From assembly GCA_040954595.2 (NCBI GenBank), contig CM082588.2:7486844-7550843 (forward strand): a DNA stretch of 64,000 nucleotides, written 5' to 3'. Position numbers and translations under genes: made by a program. The notes beneath the pieces are model-generated. The model searched no databases. It was not told the origin of the DNA and worked only from the letters and a program-made list of their open reading frames with translations. The DNA is from Balanoglossus misakiensis (Eukaryota > Animalia > Hemichordata). Positions 1-15,000 of the stretch are shown here, in pieces (the first letter of the stretch is position 1; each line of letters opens with the position of its first letter).

Positions 1-3000
1 AATGGTCCAGAAACCTCAATTTTTCGACTTCGCGAATTTTCAAAATTTGGTCATTTTTTGATAAAAACCATGGGTTATAGCCCATGAAAATGGTCCAGAA
101 ACCTCAATTTTTCGACTTCGCGAATTTTCAAAATTTGGTCATTTTTTGATAAAAACCATGGGTTATAGCCATGAAAATGGTCCAGCAACCTCAATTTTTC
201 GACTTTGCGAATTTTCAAAATGTGGTCATTTTTTGATAAAAACCATTGGGTTATAGCCCATGAAAATGGTCCAGAAACCTCAATTTTTCGACTTCGCGAA
301 TTTTCAAAATGTGGTCATTTCATGATAAAAACCATGGGTTATACCCATGAAAATGGTCCAGAAACCTCAATTTTTCGACTTCGCGAATTTTCGAAATGTG
401 GTCATTTTTTGAATAAAACCATGGGTTATAGCCATGAAAATGGTCCAGAAACCTCAATTTTTCGACTTCGCGAATTTTCAAAATGTGGTCATTTTTGATA
501 AAAACCATGGGTTATAGCCCATGAAAATGGTCCAGAAACCTCAATTTTTCAACTTCGCGAATTTTCAAAATGGGTCATTTTTTGATAAAAACCATGGGTT
601 ATAGCCCATGAAATGGTCCAGAAACCTCAATTTTTCGACTTCGCGAATTTTCAAAATGTGGTCATTTTTTGATAAAAACCATGGTTATAGCCCATGAAAA
701 TGGTCCAGAAACCTCAATTTTTCGACTTCGCGAATTTTCAAAATGTGGTCATTTTTTGATAAAACCATGGGTTTATAGCCCATGAAAATGGTCAAGAAAC
801 CTCAATTTTTCGACTTCGCGAATTTTCAAAATGTGGTCATTTTTTGATAAAAACCATGGGTTATAGCCCATGAAAATGGTCCAAGAAACCTCAATTTTTC
901 GACTTCGCGAATTTTCAAAATGTGGTCATTTTTTGATAAAAACCATGGGTTATAGCCCATGAAAATGGTCCAGCAACCTCAATTTTTCGTTTCGACTTCG
1001 CGAATTTTCAAAATTTGGTCATTTTTGATAAAAACCGTGGGTTATAGCCCATGAAAATGGTCCAGAAACCTCAATTTTTCGACTTCGCGAATTTTCAAAA
1101 TGTGGTCATTTTTTGATAAAAACCATGGGTTATAGCCCATGAATATGGTCCAGCAACCTCAATTTTTCGACTTCGCGAATTTTCAAAATGTGGTCATTTT
1201 TTGATAAAAACCATGGGTTATAGCCCATGAAAATGGTCCAGAAACCTCAATTTTTCAACTTCGCGATTTTCAAAATGTGGTCATTTTTTGATAAAAACCA
1301 TGGGTTATAGCCCATGAATATGGTCCAGAAACCTCAATTTTTCACTTCGCGAATTTTCGAAATGTGGTCATTTTTGATAAAAACCATGGTTATAGCTCAT
1401 GAAAATGGTCCAGAAACCTCAATTTTTCGACTTCGCGAATTTTCAAAATGTGGTCATTTTTGATAAAAACCATGGGTTATAGCCCATGAAAATGGTCCAG
1501 AAAACCTCAATTTTTCGACTTCGCGAATTTTCAAAATGTGGTCATTTTTTGATAAAAACCATGGGTTATAGCCCATGAAAATGGTCAAGAAACCTCAATT
1601 TTTCGACTTCGCGAATTTTCAAAATGTGGTCATTTTTTGATAAAAACCATGGGTTATAGCCCATGAAAATGGTCTAGAAACCTCAATTTTCGACTTCGCG
1701 AATTTTCAAAATGTGGTCATTTTTTGATAAAAACCATGGGTTATAGCCCATGAAAATGGTCCAGCAACCTCAATTTTCGTTTCGACTTCGCGAATTTTCA
1801 AAATTGGTCATTTTTTGATAAAAACCGTGGGTTATAGCCCATGAAAATGGTCCAGAAACCTCAATTTTTCGACTTCGCGAATTTTCAAAATGTGGTCATT
1901 TTTTGATAAAAACCATGGGTTATAGCCCATGAAAATGGTCCAGCAACCTCAATTTTTCGACTTCGCGAATTTTCAAAATGTGGTCATTTTTTGATAAAAA
2001 CCATGGGTTATAGCCCATGAAAATGGTCCAGAAACCTCAATTTTTCAACTTCGCGAATTTTCAAAATGTGGTCATTTTTTGATAAAACCATGGGTTATAG
2101 CCCATGAATATGGTCCAGAAACCTCAATTTTTCAACTTCGCGAATTTCGAAATGTGGTCATTTTTGATAAAAACCATGGTTATAGCTCATGAAAATGGTC
2201 CAGAAACCTCAATTTTTCGACATCGCGAATTTTCAAAATGTGGTCATTTTTTGATAAAAACCATGGGTTATAGCTCATGAAAATGGTCCAGAAACCTCAA
2301 TTTTTCAACTTCGCGAATTTTCAAAATGTGGTCATTTTTTGATAAAAACCATGGGTTATAGCCCATGAAAATGGTCCAGAAACCTCAATTTTCGACTTCG
2401 CGAATTTTCAAAATGTGGTCATTTTTTGATAAAAACCATGGGTTATAGCCCATGAAAATGGTCTAGAAACCTCAATTTTTCGACTTCGCGAATTTTCAAA
2501 ATGTGGTCATTTTTTGATAAAAACCATGGGTTATAGCTCATGAAAATGGTCCAGAAACCTCAATTTTTCAACTTCGCGAATTTTCAAAATGTGGTCATTT
2601 TTTGATAAAAACCATGGGTTATAGCCCATGAAAATGGTCCAGAAACCTCAATTTTTCGACTTCGCGAATTTTCAAAATGTGGTCATTTTTTGATAAAAAC
2701 CATGGGTTATAGCCCATGAAAATGGTCTAGAAACCTCAATTTTTCGACTTCGCGAATTTTCAAAATGTGGTCATTTTTTGATAAAACCATGGGTTATAGC
2801 CCATGAAATGGTCAGAAACCTCAATTTTTCGACTTCGCGAATTTTCAAAATGTGGTCATTTTTGATAAAACCATGGGTTATAGCCCATGAAAATGGTCCA
2901 GAAACCTCAATTTTTCGACTTCGCGAATTTTCAAAATGTGGTCATTTTTGATAAAAACCATGGGTTATAGCCCATGAAAATGGTCCAGAAACCTCAATTT

Positions 3001-6000
3001 TTCGACATCGCGAATTTTCAAAATGTGGTCATTTTTTGATAAAAACCCATGGGTTATAGCTCATGAAAATGGTCCAGAAACCTCAATTTTTCAACTTCGC
3101 GAATTTTCAAAATGTGGTCATTTTTGATAAAAACCATGGGTTATAGCCCATGAAAATGGTCCAGAAACCTCAATTTTTCGACTTCGCGAATTTTCAAAAT
3201 GTGGTCATTTTTTGATAAAAACCATGGGTTATAGCCCATGAAAATGGTCTAGAAACCTCAATTTTTCGACTTCGCGAATTTTCAAAATGTGGTCATTTTT
3301 TGATAAAAACCATGGGTTATAGCCCATGAAAATGGTCCAGAAACCTCAATTTTTCGACTTCGCGAATTTTCAAAATGTGGTCATTTTTGATAAAAACCAT
3401 GGGTTATAGCCCATGAAAATGGTCCAGAAACCTCAATTTTTCGACTTCGCGAATTTTCAAAATGTGGTCATTTTTTGATAAAAACCATGGGTTATAGCCC
3501 ATGAAAATGGTCCAGAAACCTCAATTTTTCGACTTCGCGAATTTTCAAAATGTGGTCATTTTTTGATAAAAACCATGGGTTATAGCCCATGAAAATGGTC
3601 CAGAAACCTCAATTTTTCGACTTCGCGAATTTTCAAAATGTGGTCATTTTTTGATAAAACCATGGGTTATAGCCCCATGAAAATGGTCCAGAAACCTCAA
3701 TTTTCGACTTCGCGAATTTTCAAAATGTGGTCATTTTTTGATAAAACCATGGGTTATAGCTCATGAAAATGGTCCAGAAACCTCAATTTTTCGACTTCGC
3801 GAATTTTCAAAATGTGGTCATTTTTTGATAAAAACCATGGGTTATAGCTCATGAAAATGGTCCAGAAACCTCAATTTTTCGACTTCGCGAATTTTCGAAA
3901 TGTGGTAATTTTTTGATAAAAACCATGGTTATAGCTCATGAAAATGGTCCAGAAACCTCAATTTTTCGACTTCGCGAATTTTCAAAATGTGGTCATTTTT
4001 GATAAAAACCATGGGTTATAGCCCATGAAAATGGTCCAGCAACCTCAATTTTTCGACTTCGCGAATTTTCAAAATGTGGTCATTTTTTGATAAAAACCAT
4101 GGGTTATAGCTCATGAAAATGGTCCAGAAACCTCAATTTTTCGACTCCGCGAATTTTCAAAATGTGGTCATTTCATGATAAAAACCATGGGTTATAGCCC
4201 ATGAAAATGGTCCAGAAACCTCAATTTTTCGACTTCGCGAATTTTCAAAATGTGGTCATTTTTTGATAAAAACCATGGGTTATAGCCCATGAAAATGGTC
4301 CAGCAACCTCAATTTTTCGACTTTGCGAATTTTCAAAATGTGGTCATTTTTTGATAAAAACCATTGGTTATAGCCCATGAAAATGGTCCAGAAACCTCAA
4401 TTTTTCGACTTCGCGAATTTTCAAAATGTGGTCATTTCATGATAAAAACCATGGGTTATAGCCCATGAAAATGGTCCAGAAACCTCAATTTTTCGACTTC
4501 GCGAATTTTCGAAATGTGGTCATTTTTTGATAAAAACCATGGGTTATAGCCCATGAAAATGGTCCAGAAACCTCAATTTTTCGACTTCGTGATTTTCAAA
4601 ATGTGGTCATTTTTTGATAAAAACCATGGGTTATAGCCCATGAAAATGGTCCAGAAACCTCAATTTTTCAACTTCGCGAATTTTCAAAATGTGGCCATTT
4701 CATGATAAAAACCATGGGTTATAGCCCATGAAAATGGTCCAGAAACCTCAATTTTTCGACTTCGCGAATTTTCAAAATGTGGTCATTTTTGATAAAAACC
4801 ATGGGTTATAGCCCATGAAAATGGTCCAGAAACCTCAATTTTTCGACTTCGCGAATTTTCAAAATGTGTCATTTTTTTGATAAAAACCATGGGTTATAGC
4901 CCATGAAAATGGTCAAGAAACCTCAATTTTTCGACTTCGCGAATTTTCAAAATGTGGTCATTTTTTGATAAAAACCATGGGTTATAGCCCATGAAAATGG
5001 TCTAGAAACCTCAATTTTTCGACTTCGCGAATTTTCAAAATGTGGTCATTTTTTGATAAAAACCATGGGTTATAGCCCATGAAAATGGTCCAGCAACCTC
5101 AATTTTTCGTTTCGACTTCGCGAATTTTCAAAATTTGGTCATTTTTTGATAAAAACCATGGGTTATAGCCCATGAAAATGGTCCAGAAACCTCAATTTTT
5201 CGACTTCGCGAATTTTCAAAATGTGGTCATTTTTTGATAAAAACCATGGGTTATAGCCCATGAAAATGGTCCAGCAACCTCAATTTTTCGACTTCGCGAA
5301 TTTTCACATTGTGGTCATTTTTTGATAAAAACCATGGGTTATAGCCCATGAAAATGGTCCCAGAAACCTCAATTTTTCAACTTCGCGAATTTTCAAAATG
5401 TGGTCATTTTTGATAAAAACCATGGGTTATAGCCCATGAATATGGTCCAGAAACCTCAATTTTTCGACTTCGCGAATTTTCGAAATGTGGTCATTTTTGA
5501 TAAAAACCATGGGTTATAGCTCATGAAAATGGTCCAGAAACCTCAATTTTTCGACATCGCGAATTTTCAAATGTGGTCATTTTTTTGATAAAAACCATGG
5601 GTTATAGCTCATGAAAATGGTCCAGAAACCTCAATTTTTCAACTTCGCGAATTTTCAAAATGTGGTCATTTTTTGATAAAAACCATGGGTTATAGCCCAT
5701 GAAAATGGTCCAGAAACCTCAATTTTTCGACTTCGCGAATTTTCAAAATGTGGTCATTTTTTGATAAAAACCATGGGTTATAGCCCATGAAAATGGTCTA
5801 GAAACCTCAATTTTTCGACTTCGCGAATTTTCAAAATGTGGTCATTTTTGATAAAAACCATGGGTTATAGCCCATGAAAATGGTCCAGAAACCTCAATTT
5901 TTCGACTTCGCGAATTTTCAAAATGTGGTCATTTTTTGATAAAAACCATGGGTTATAGCCCATGAAAATGGTCCAGAAACCTCAATTTTTCGACTTCGCG

Positions 6001-9000
6001 AATTTTCAAAATGTGGTCATTTTTTGATAAAAAACCATGGGTTATAGCCCATGAAAATGGTCCAGAAACCTCAATTTTTCGACTTCGCGAATTTTCAAAA
6101 TGTGGTCATTTTTTGATAAAAACCATGGGTTATAGCCCATGAAAATGGTCCAGAAACCTCAATTTTTCGACTTCGCGAATTTTCAAAATGTGGTCATTTT
6201 TTGATAAAAACCATGGGTTATAGCTCATGAAAATGGTCCAGAAACCTCAATTTTTCGACTTCGCGAATTTTCAAAATGTGGTCATTTTTTGATAAAAACC
6301 ATGGGTTATAGCTCATGAAAATGGTCCAGAAACCTCAATTTTTCGACTTCGCGAATTTTCGAAATGTGGTAATTTTTTGATAAAAACCATGGGTTATAGC
6401 TCATGAAAATGGTCCAGAAACCTCAATTTTTCGACTTCGCGAATTTTCAAAATGTGGTCATTTTTTGATAAAAACCATGGGTTATAGTAGCCCATGAAAA
6501 TGGTCCAGCAACCTCAATTTTTCGACTTCGCGAATTTTCAAATGTGGTCATTTTTTGATAAAACCATGGGTTATAGCTCATGAAAATGGTCCAGAAACCT
6601 CAATTTTTCGACTCCGCGAATTTTCAAAATGTGGTCATTTCATGATAAAAACCATGGGTTATAGCCCATGAAAATGGTCCAGAAACCTCAATTTTTCGAC
6701 TTCGCGAATTTTCAAATGTGGTCATTTTTTGATAAAAACCATGGGTTATAGCCCATGAAAATGGTCCAGAAACCTCAATTTTTCGACTTCGCGAATTTTC
6801 AAAATTTGGTCATTTTTGATAAAAACCATGGGTTATAGCCCATGAAAATGGTCCAGCAACCTCAATTTTTCGACTTTGCGAATTTTCAAAATGTGGTCAT
6901 TTTTTGATAAAAACCATTGGTTATAGCCCATGAAAATGGTCCAGAAACCTCAATTTTTCGACTTCGCGAATTTTCAAAATGTGGTCATTTCATGATAAAA
7001 ACCATGGGTTATAGCCCATGAAAATGGTCCAGAAACCTCAATTTTTCAACTTCGCGAATTTTCAAAATGTGGTCATTTTTTGATAAAAACCATGGGTTAT
7101 AGCTCATGAAAATGGTCCAGAAACCTCAATTTTTCAACTTCGCGAATTTTCAAAATGTGGTCATTTTTTGATAAAAACCATGGGTTATAGCCCATGAAAA
7201 TGGTCCAGAAACCTCAATTTTTCGACTTCGCGAATTATCAAAATGTGGTCATTTTTTGATAAAAACCATGGGTTATAGCTCATGAAAATGGTCCAGAAAC
7301 CTCAATTTTTCGACTTCGCGAATTTTCAAAATGTGGTCATTTTTTGATAAAAACCATGGGTTATAGCCCATGAAAATGGTCCAGAAACCTCAATTTTTCG
7401 ACTTCGCGAATTTTCAAAATTTGGTCATTTTTTGATAAAAACCATGGGTTATAGCCCATGAAAATGGTCCAGCAACCTCAATTTTTCGACTTTGCGAATT
7501 TTCAAAATGTGGTCATTTTTTGATAAAAACCATGGGTTATAGCCCATGAAAATGGTCCAGAAACCTCAATTTTTCGACTTCGCGAATTTTCAAAATGTGG
7601 TCATTTCATGATAAAAACCATGGGTTATAGCCCATGAAATTGGTCCAGAAACCTCAATTTTTCGACTTCGCGAATTTTCGAAATGTGGTCATTTTTTGAT
7701 AAAAACCATGGGTTATAGCTCATGAAAATGGTCCAGAAACCTCAATTTTTCGACTTCGCGAATTTTCAAAATGTGGTCATTTTTTGATAAAAACCATGGG
7801 TTATAGCCCATGAAAATGGTCCAGCAACCTCAATTTTTCGACTTCGCGAATTTTCAAAATGTGGTCATTTTTTGATAAAAACCATGGGTTATAGCTCATG
7901 AAAATGGTCCAGAAACCTCAATTTTCGACTCCGCGAATTTTCAAAATGTGGTCATTTTTGATAAAAACCATGGGTTATAGCCCATGAAAATGGTCAGAAA
8001 CCTCAATTTTTCGACTTCGCGAATTTTCAAAATGTGGTCATTTTTTGATAAAAACCATGGGTTATAGCCCATGAAAATGGTCCAGAAACCTCAATTTTTC
8101 GACTTCGCGAATTTTCAAAATGTGGTCATTTCATGATAAAAACCATGGGTTATAGCCCATGAAAATGGTCCAGAAACCTCAATTTTTCAACTTCGCGAAT
8201 TTTCAAATGTGGTCATTTTTTGATAAAAACCATGGGTTATAGCCCATGAAAATGGTCCAGAAACCTCAATTTTTCGACTTCGCGAATTTTCAAAATGTGG
8301 TCATTTTTTGATAAAAACCATGGGTTATAGCCCATGAAAATGGTCCAGCAACCTCAATTTTTCGACTTCGCGAATTTTCAAAATGTGGTCATTTTTTGAT
8401 AAAAACCATGGGTTATAGCTCATGAAAATGGTCCAGAAACCTCAATTTTTCGACTCCGCGAATTTTCAAAATGTGGTCATTTTTTGATAAAAACCATGGG
8501 TTATAGCCCATGAAAATGGTCCAGAAACCTCAATTTTTCGACTTCGCGAATTTTCAAAATGTGGTCATTTTTTGATAAAAACCATGGGTTATAGCCCATG
8601 AAAATGGTCCAGAAAACTCAATTTTTCGACTTCGCGAATTTTCAAAATTTGGTCATTTTTTGATAAAAACCATGGGTTATAGCCCATGAAAATGGTCCAG
8701 CAACCTCAATTTTTCGACTTTGCGAATTTTCAAAATGTGGTCATTTTTTGATAAAAACCATGGGTTATAGCTCATGAAAATGGTCCAGAAACCTCAATTT
8801 TTCGACTCCGCGAATTTTCAAAATGTGGTCATTTTTTGATAAAAACCATGGGTTATAGCCCATGAAAATGGTCCAGAAACCTCAATTTTTCGACTTCGCG
8901 AATTTTCAAAATGTGGTCATTTTTTGATAAAAACCATGGGTTATAGCCCATGAAAATGGTCCAGAAAACTCAATTTTTCGACTTCGCGAATTTTCAAAAT

Positions 9001-12000
9001 TTGGTCATTTTTTGATAAAAACCATGGGTTATAGCCCATGAAAATGGTCCAGCAACCTCAATTTTTCGACTTTGCGAATTTTCAAAATGTGGTCATTTTT
9101 TGATAAAAACCATTGGTTATAGCCCATGAAAATGGTCCAGAAACCTCAATTTTTCGACTTCGCGAATTTTCAAAATGTGGTCATTTCATGATAAAAACCA
9201 TGGGTTATAGCCCATGAAAATGGTCCAGAAACCTCAATTTTTCAACTTCGCGAATTTTCAAAATGTGGTCATTTTTTGATAAAAACCATGGGTTATAGCT
9301 CATGAAAATGGTCCAGAAACCTCAATTTTTCAACTTCGCGAATTTTCAAAATGTGGTCATTTTTTGATAAAAACCATGGGTTATAGCCCATGAAAATGGT
9401 CCAGAAACCTCAATTTTTCGACTTCGCGAATTATCAAAATGTGGTCATTTTTTGATAAAAACCATGGGTTATAGCTCATGAAAATGGTCCAGAAACCTCA
9501 ATTTTTCGACTTCGCGAATTTTCAAAATGTGGTCATTTTTTGATAAAAACCATGGGTTATAGCCCATGAAAATGGTCCAGAAACCTCAATTTTTCGACTT
9601 CGCGAATTTTCAAAATTTGGTCATTTTTTGATAAAAACCATGGGTTATAGCCCATGAAAATGGTCCAGCAACCTCAATTTTTCGACTTTGCGAATTTTCA
9701 AAATGTGGTCATTTTTTGATAAAAACCATGGGTTATAGCCCATGAAAATGGTCCAGAAACCTCAATTTTTCGACTTCGCGAATTTTCAAAATGTGGTCAT
9801 TTCATGATAAAAACCATGGGTTATAGCCCATGAAAATGGTCCAGAAACCTCAATTTTTCGACTTCGCGAATTTTCAAAATGTGGTCATTTTTTGATAAAA
9901 ACCATGGGTTATAGCCCATGAAAATGGTCCAGCAACCTCAATTTTTCGACTTCGCGAATTTTCAAAATGTGGTCATTTTTTGATAAAAACCATGGGTTAT
10001 AGCTCATGAAAATGGTCCAGAAACCTCAATTTTTCGACTCCGCGAATTTTCAAAATGTGGTCATTTCATGATAAAAACCATGGGTTATAGCCCATGAAAA
10101 TGGTCCAGAAACCTCAATTTTTCGACTTCGCGAATTTTCAAAATGTGGTCATTTTTTGATAAAAACCATGGGTTATAGCCCATGAAAATGGTCCAGAAAC
10201 CTCAATTTTTCGACTTCGCGAATTTTCAAAATTTGGTCATTTTTTGATAAAAACCATGGGTTATAGCCCATGAAAATGGTCCAGCAACCTCAATTTTTCG
10301 ACTTTGCGAATTTTCAAAATGTGGTCATTTTTTGATAAAAACCATTGGTTATAGCCCATGAAAATGGTCCAGAAACCTCAATTTTACGACTTCGCGAATT
10401 TTCAAAATGTGGTCATTTCATGATAAAAACCATGGGTTATAGCCCATGAAAATGGTCCAGAAACCTCAATTTTTCAACTTCGCGAATTTTCAAAATGTGG
10501 TCATTTTTTGATAAAAACCATGGGTTATAGCTCATGAAAATGGTCCAGAAACCTCAATTTTTCAACTTCGCGAATTTTCAAAATGTGGTCATTTTTTGAT
10601 AAAAACCATGGGTTATAGCCCATGAAAATGGTCCAGAAACCTCAATTTTTCGACTTCGCGAATTATCAAAATGTGGTCATTTTTTGATAAAAACCATGGG
10701 TTATAGCTCATGAAAATGGTCCAGAAACCTCAATTTTTCGACTTCGCGAATTTTCAAAATTTGGTCATTTTTTGATAAAAACCATGGGTTATAGCCCATG
10801 AAAATGGTCCAGAAACCTCAATTTTTCGACTTCGCGAATTTTCAAAATGTGGTCATTTTTTGATAAAAACCATGGGTTATAGCCCATGAAAATGGTCCAG
10901 CAACCTCAATTTTTCGACTTCGCGAATTTTCACATTGTGGTCATTTTTTGATAAAAACCATGGGTTATAGCCCATGAAAATGGTCCAGAAACCTCAATTT
11001 TTCAACTTCGCGAATTTTCAAAATGTGGTCATTTTTTGATAAAAACCATGGGTTATAGCCCATGAATATGGTCCAGAAACCTCAATTTTTCGACTTCGCG
11101 AATTTTCGAAATGTGGTCATTTTTTGATAAAAACCATGGGTTATAGCTCATGAAAATGGTCCAGAAACCTCAATTTTTCGACATCGCGAATTTTCAAAAT
11201 GTGGTCATTTTTTGATAAAAACCATGGGTTATAGCTCATGAAAATGGTCCAGAAACCTCAATTTTTCAACTTCGCGAATTTTCAAAATGTGGTCATTTTT
11301 TGATAAAAACCATGGGTTATAGCCCATGAAAATGGTCCAGAAACCTCAATTTTTCGACTTCGCGAATTTTCAAAATGTGGTCATTTTTTGATAAAAACCA
11401 TGGGTTATAGCCCATGAAAATGGTCTAGAAACCTCAATTTTTCGACTTCGCGAATTTTCAAAATGTGGTCATTTTTTGATAAAAACCATGGGTTATAGCC
11501 CATGAAAATGGTCCAGAAACCTCAATTTTTCGACTTCGCGAATTTTCAAAATGTGGTCATTTTTTGATAAAAACCATGGGTTATAGCCCATGAAAATGGT
11601 CCAGAAACCTCAATTTTTCGACTTCGCGAATTTTCAAAATGTGGTCATTTTTTGATAAAAACCATGGGTTATAGCCCATGAAAATGGTCCAGAAACCTCA
11701 ATTTTTCGACTTCGCGAATTTTCAAAATGTGGTCATTTTTTGATAAAAACCATGGGTTATAGCCCATGAAAATGGTCCAGAAACCTCAATTTTTCGACTT
11801 CGCGAATTTTCAAAATGTGGTCATTTTTTGATAAAAACCATGGGTTATAGCTCATGAAAATGGTCCAGAAACCTCAATTTTTCGACTTCGCGAATTTTCA
11901 AAATGTGGTCATTTTTTGATAAAAACCATGGGTTATAGCTCATGAAAATGGTCCAGAAACCTCAATTTTTCGACTTCGCGAATTTTCGAAATGTGGTAAT

Positions 12001-15000
12001 TTTTTGATAAAAACCATGGGTTATAGCTCATGAAAATGGTCCAGAAACCTCAATTTTTCGACTTCGCGAATTTTCAAAATGTGGTCATTTTTTGATAAAA
12101 ACCATGGGTTATAGCCCATGAAAATGGTCCAGCAACCTCAATTTTTCGACTTCGCGAATTTTCAAAATGTGGTCATTTTTTGATAAAAACCATGGGTTAT
12201 AGCTCATGAAAATGGTCCAGAAACCTCAATTTTTCGACTCCGCGAATTTTCAAAATGTGGTCATTTCATGATAAAAACCATGGGTTATAGCCCATGAAAA
12301 TGGTCCAGAAACCTCAATTTTTCGACTTCGCGAATTTTCAAAATGTGGTCATTTTTTGATAAAAACCATGGGTTATAGCCCATGAAAATGGTCCAGCAAC
12401 CTCAATTTTTCGACTTCGCGAATTTTCAAAATTTGGTCATTTTTTGATAAAAACCATGGGTTATAGCCCATGAAAATGGTCCAGCAACCTCAATTTTTCG
12501 ACTTCGCGAATTTTCAAAATGTGGTCATTTTTTGATAAAAACCATGGGTTATAGCTCATGAAAATGGTCCAGAAACCTCAATTTTTCGACTTCGCGAATT
12601 TTCAAAATGTGGTCATTTTTTGATAAAAACCATGGGTTATAGCCCATGAAAATGGTCCAGCAACCTCAATTTTTCGACTTCGCGAATTTTCAAAATGTGG
12701 TCATTTCATGATAAAAACCATGGGTTATAGCCCATGAAAATGGTCCAGAAACCTCAATTTTTCGACTTCGCGAATTTTCAAAATGTGGTCATTTTTTGAT
12801 AAAAACCATGGGTTATAGCCCATGAAAATGGTCCAGAAACCTCAATTTTTCGACTTCGCGAATTTTCAAAATTTGGTCATTTTTTGATAAAAACCATGGG
12901 TTATAGCCCATGAAAATGGTCCAGCAACCTCAATTTTTCGACTTTGCGAATTTTCAAAATGTGGTCATTTTTTGATAAAAACCATGGGTTATAGCCCATG
13001 AAAATGGTCCAGAAACCTCAATTTTTCGACTTCGCGAATTTTCAAAATGTGGTCATTTCATGATAAAAACCATGGGTTATAGCCCATGAAAATGGTCCAG
13101 AAACCTCAATTTTTCGACTTCGCGAATTTTCGAAATGTGGTCATTTTTTGATAAAAACCATGGGTTATAGCTCATGAAAATGGTCCAGAAACCTCAATTT
13201 TTCGACTTCGCGAATTTTCAAAATGTGGTCATTTTTTGATAAAAACCATGGGTTATAGCCCATGAAAATGGTCCAGCAACCTCAATTTTTCGACTTCGCG
13301 AATTTTCAAAATGTGGTCATTTTTTGATAAAAACCATGGGTTATAGCTCATGAAAATGGTCCAGAAACCTCAATTTTTCGACTACGCGAATTTTCAAAAT
13401 GTGGTCATTTTTTGATAAAAACCATGGGTTATAGCCCATGAAAATGGTCCAGAAACCTCAATTTTTCGACTTCGCGAATTTTCAAAATGTGGTCATTTTT
13501 TGATAAAAACCATGGGTTATAGCCCATGAAAATGGTCCAGCAACCTCAATTTTTCGACTTCGCGAATTTTCAAAATGTGGTCATTTTTTGATAAAAACCA
13601 TTGGTTATAGCCCATGAAAATGGTCCAGAAACCTCAATTTTTCGACTTCGCGAATTTTCAAAATGTGGTCATTTTTTGATAAAAACCATGGGTTATAGCC
13701 CATGAAAATGGTCCAGCAACCTCAATTTTTCGACTTCGCGAATTTTCAAAATGTGGTCATTTTTTGATAAAAACCATTGGTTATAGCCCATGAAAATGGT
13801 CCAGCAACCTCAATTTTTCGACTTCGCGAATTTTCAAAATGTGGTCATTTTTTGATAAAAACCATGGGTTATAGCCCATGAAAATGGTCCAGAAACCTCA
13901 ATTTTTCGACTTCGCGAATTTTCAAAATGTGGTCATTTTTTGATAAAAACCATTGGTTATAGCCCATGAAAATGGTCCAGAAACTTCAATTTTTCGACTT
14001 CGCGAATTTTCAAAATGTGGTCATTTCATGATAAAAACCATGGGTTATAGCCCATGAAAATGGTCCAGAAACCTCAATTTTTCAACTTCGCGAATTTTCA
14101 AAATGTGGTCATTTTTTGATAAAAACCATGGGTTATAGCCCATGAAAATGGTCCAGAAACCTCAATTTTTCGACTTCGCGAATTTTCAAAATGTGGTCAT
14201 TTTTTGATAAAAACCATGGGTTATAGCCCATGAAAATGGTCCAGCAACCTCAATTTTTCGACTTCGCGAATTTTCAAAATGTGGTCATTTTTTGATAAAA
14301 ACCATGGGTTATAGCTCATGAAAATGGTCCAGAAACCTCAATTTTTCGACTCCGCGAATTTTCAAAATGTGGTCATTTTTTGATAAAAACCATGGGTTAT
14401 AGCCCATGAAAATGGTCCAGAAACCTCAATTTTTCGACTTCGCGAATTTTCAAAATGTGGTCATTTTTTGATAAAAACCATGGGTTATAGCCCATGAAAA
14501 TGGTCCAGAAAACTCAATTTTTCGACTTCGCGAATTTTCAAAATTTGGTCATTTTTTGATAAAAACCATGGGTTATAGCCCATGAAAATGGTCCAGCAAC
14601 CTCAATTTTTCGACTTTGCGAATTTTCAAAATGTGGTCATTTTTTGATAAAAACCATGGGTTATAGCTCATGAAAATGGTCCAGAAACCTCAATTTTTCG
14701 ACTCCGCGAATTTTCAAAATGTGGTCATTTTTTGATAAAAACCATGGGTTATAGCCCATGAAAATGGTCCAGAAACCTCAATTTTTCGACTTCGCGAATT
14801 TTCAAAATGTGGTCATTTTTTGATAAAAACCATGGGTTATAGCCCATGAAAATGGTCCAGAAAACTCAATTTTTCGACTTCGCGAATTTTCAAAATTTGG
14901 TCATTTTTTGATAAAAACCATGGGTTATAGCCCATGAAAATGGTCCAGCAACCTCAATTTTTCGACTTTGCGAATTTTCAAAATGTGGTCATTTTTTGAT

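Noticed and set aside
20-40. CENP-B box in the monomer (TTTCGACTTCGCGAATT)
   Set aside because: Has TTCG but lacks the required A and CGGG of NTTCGNNNNANNCGGGN.
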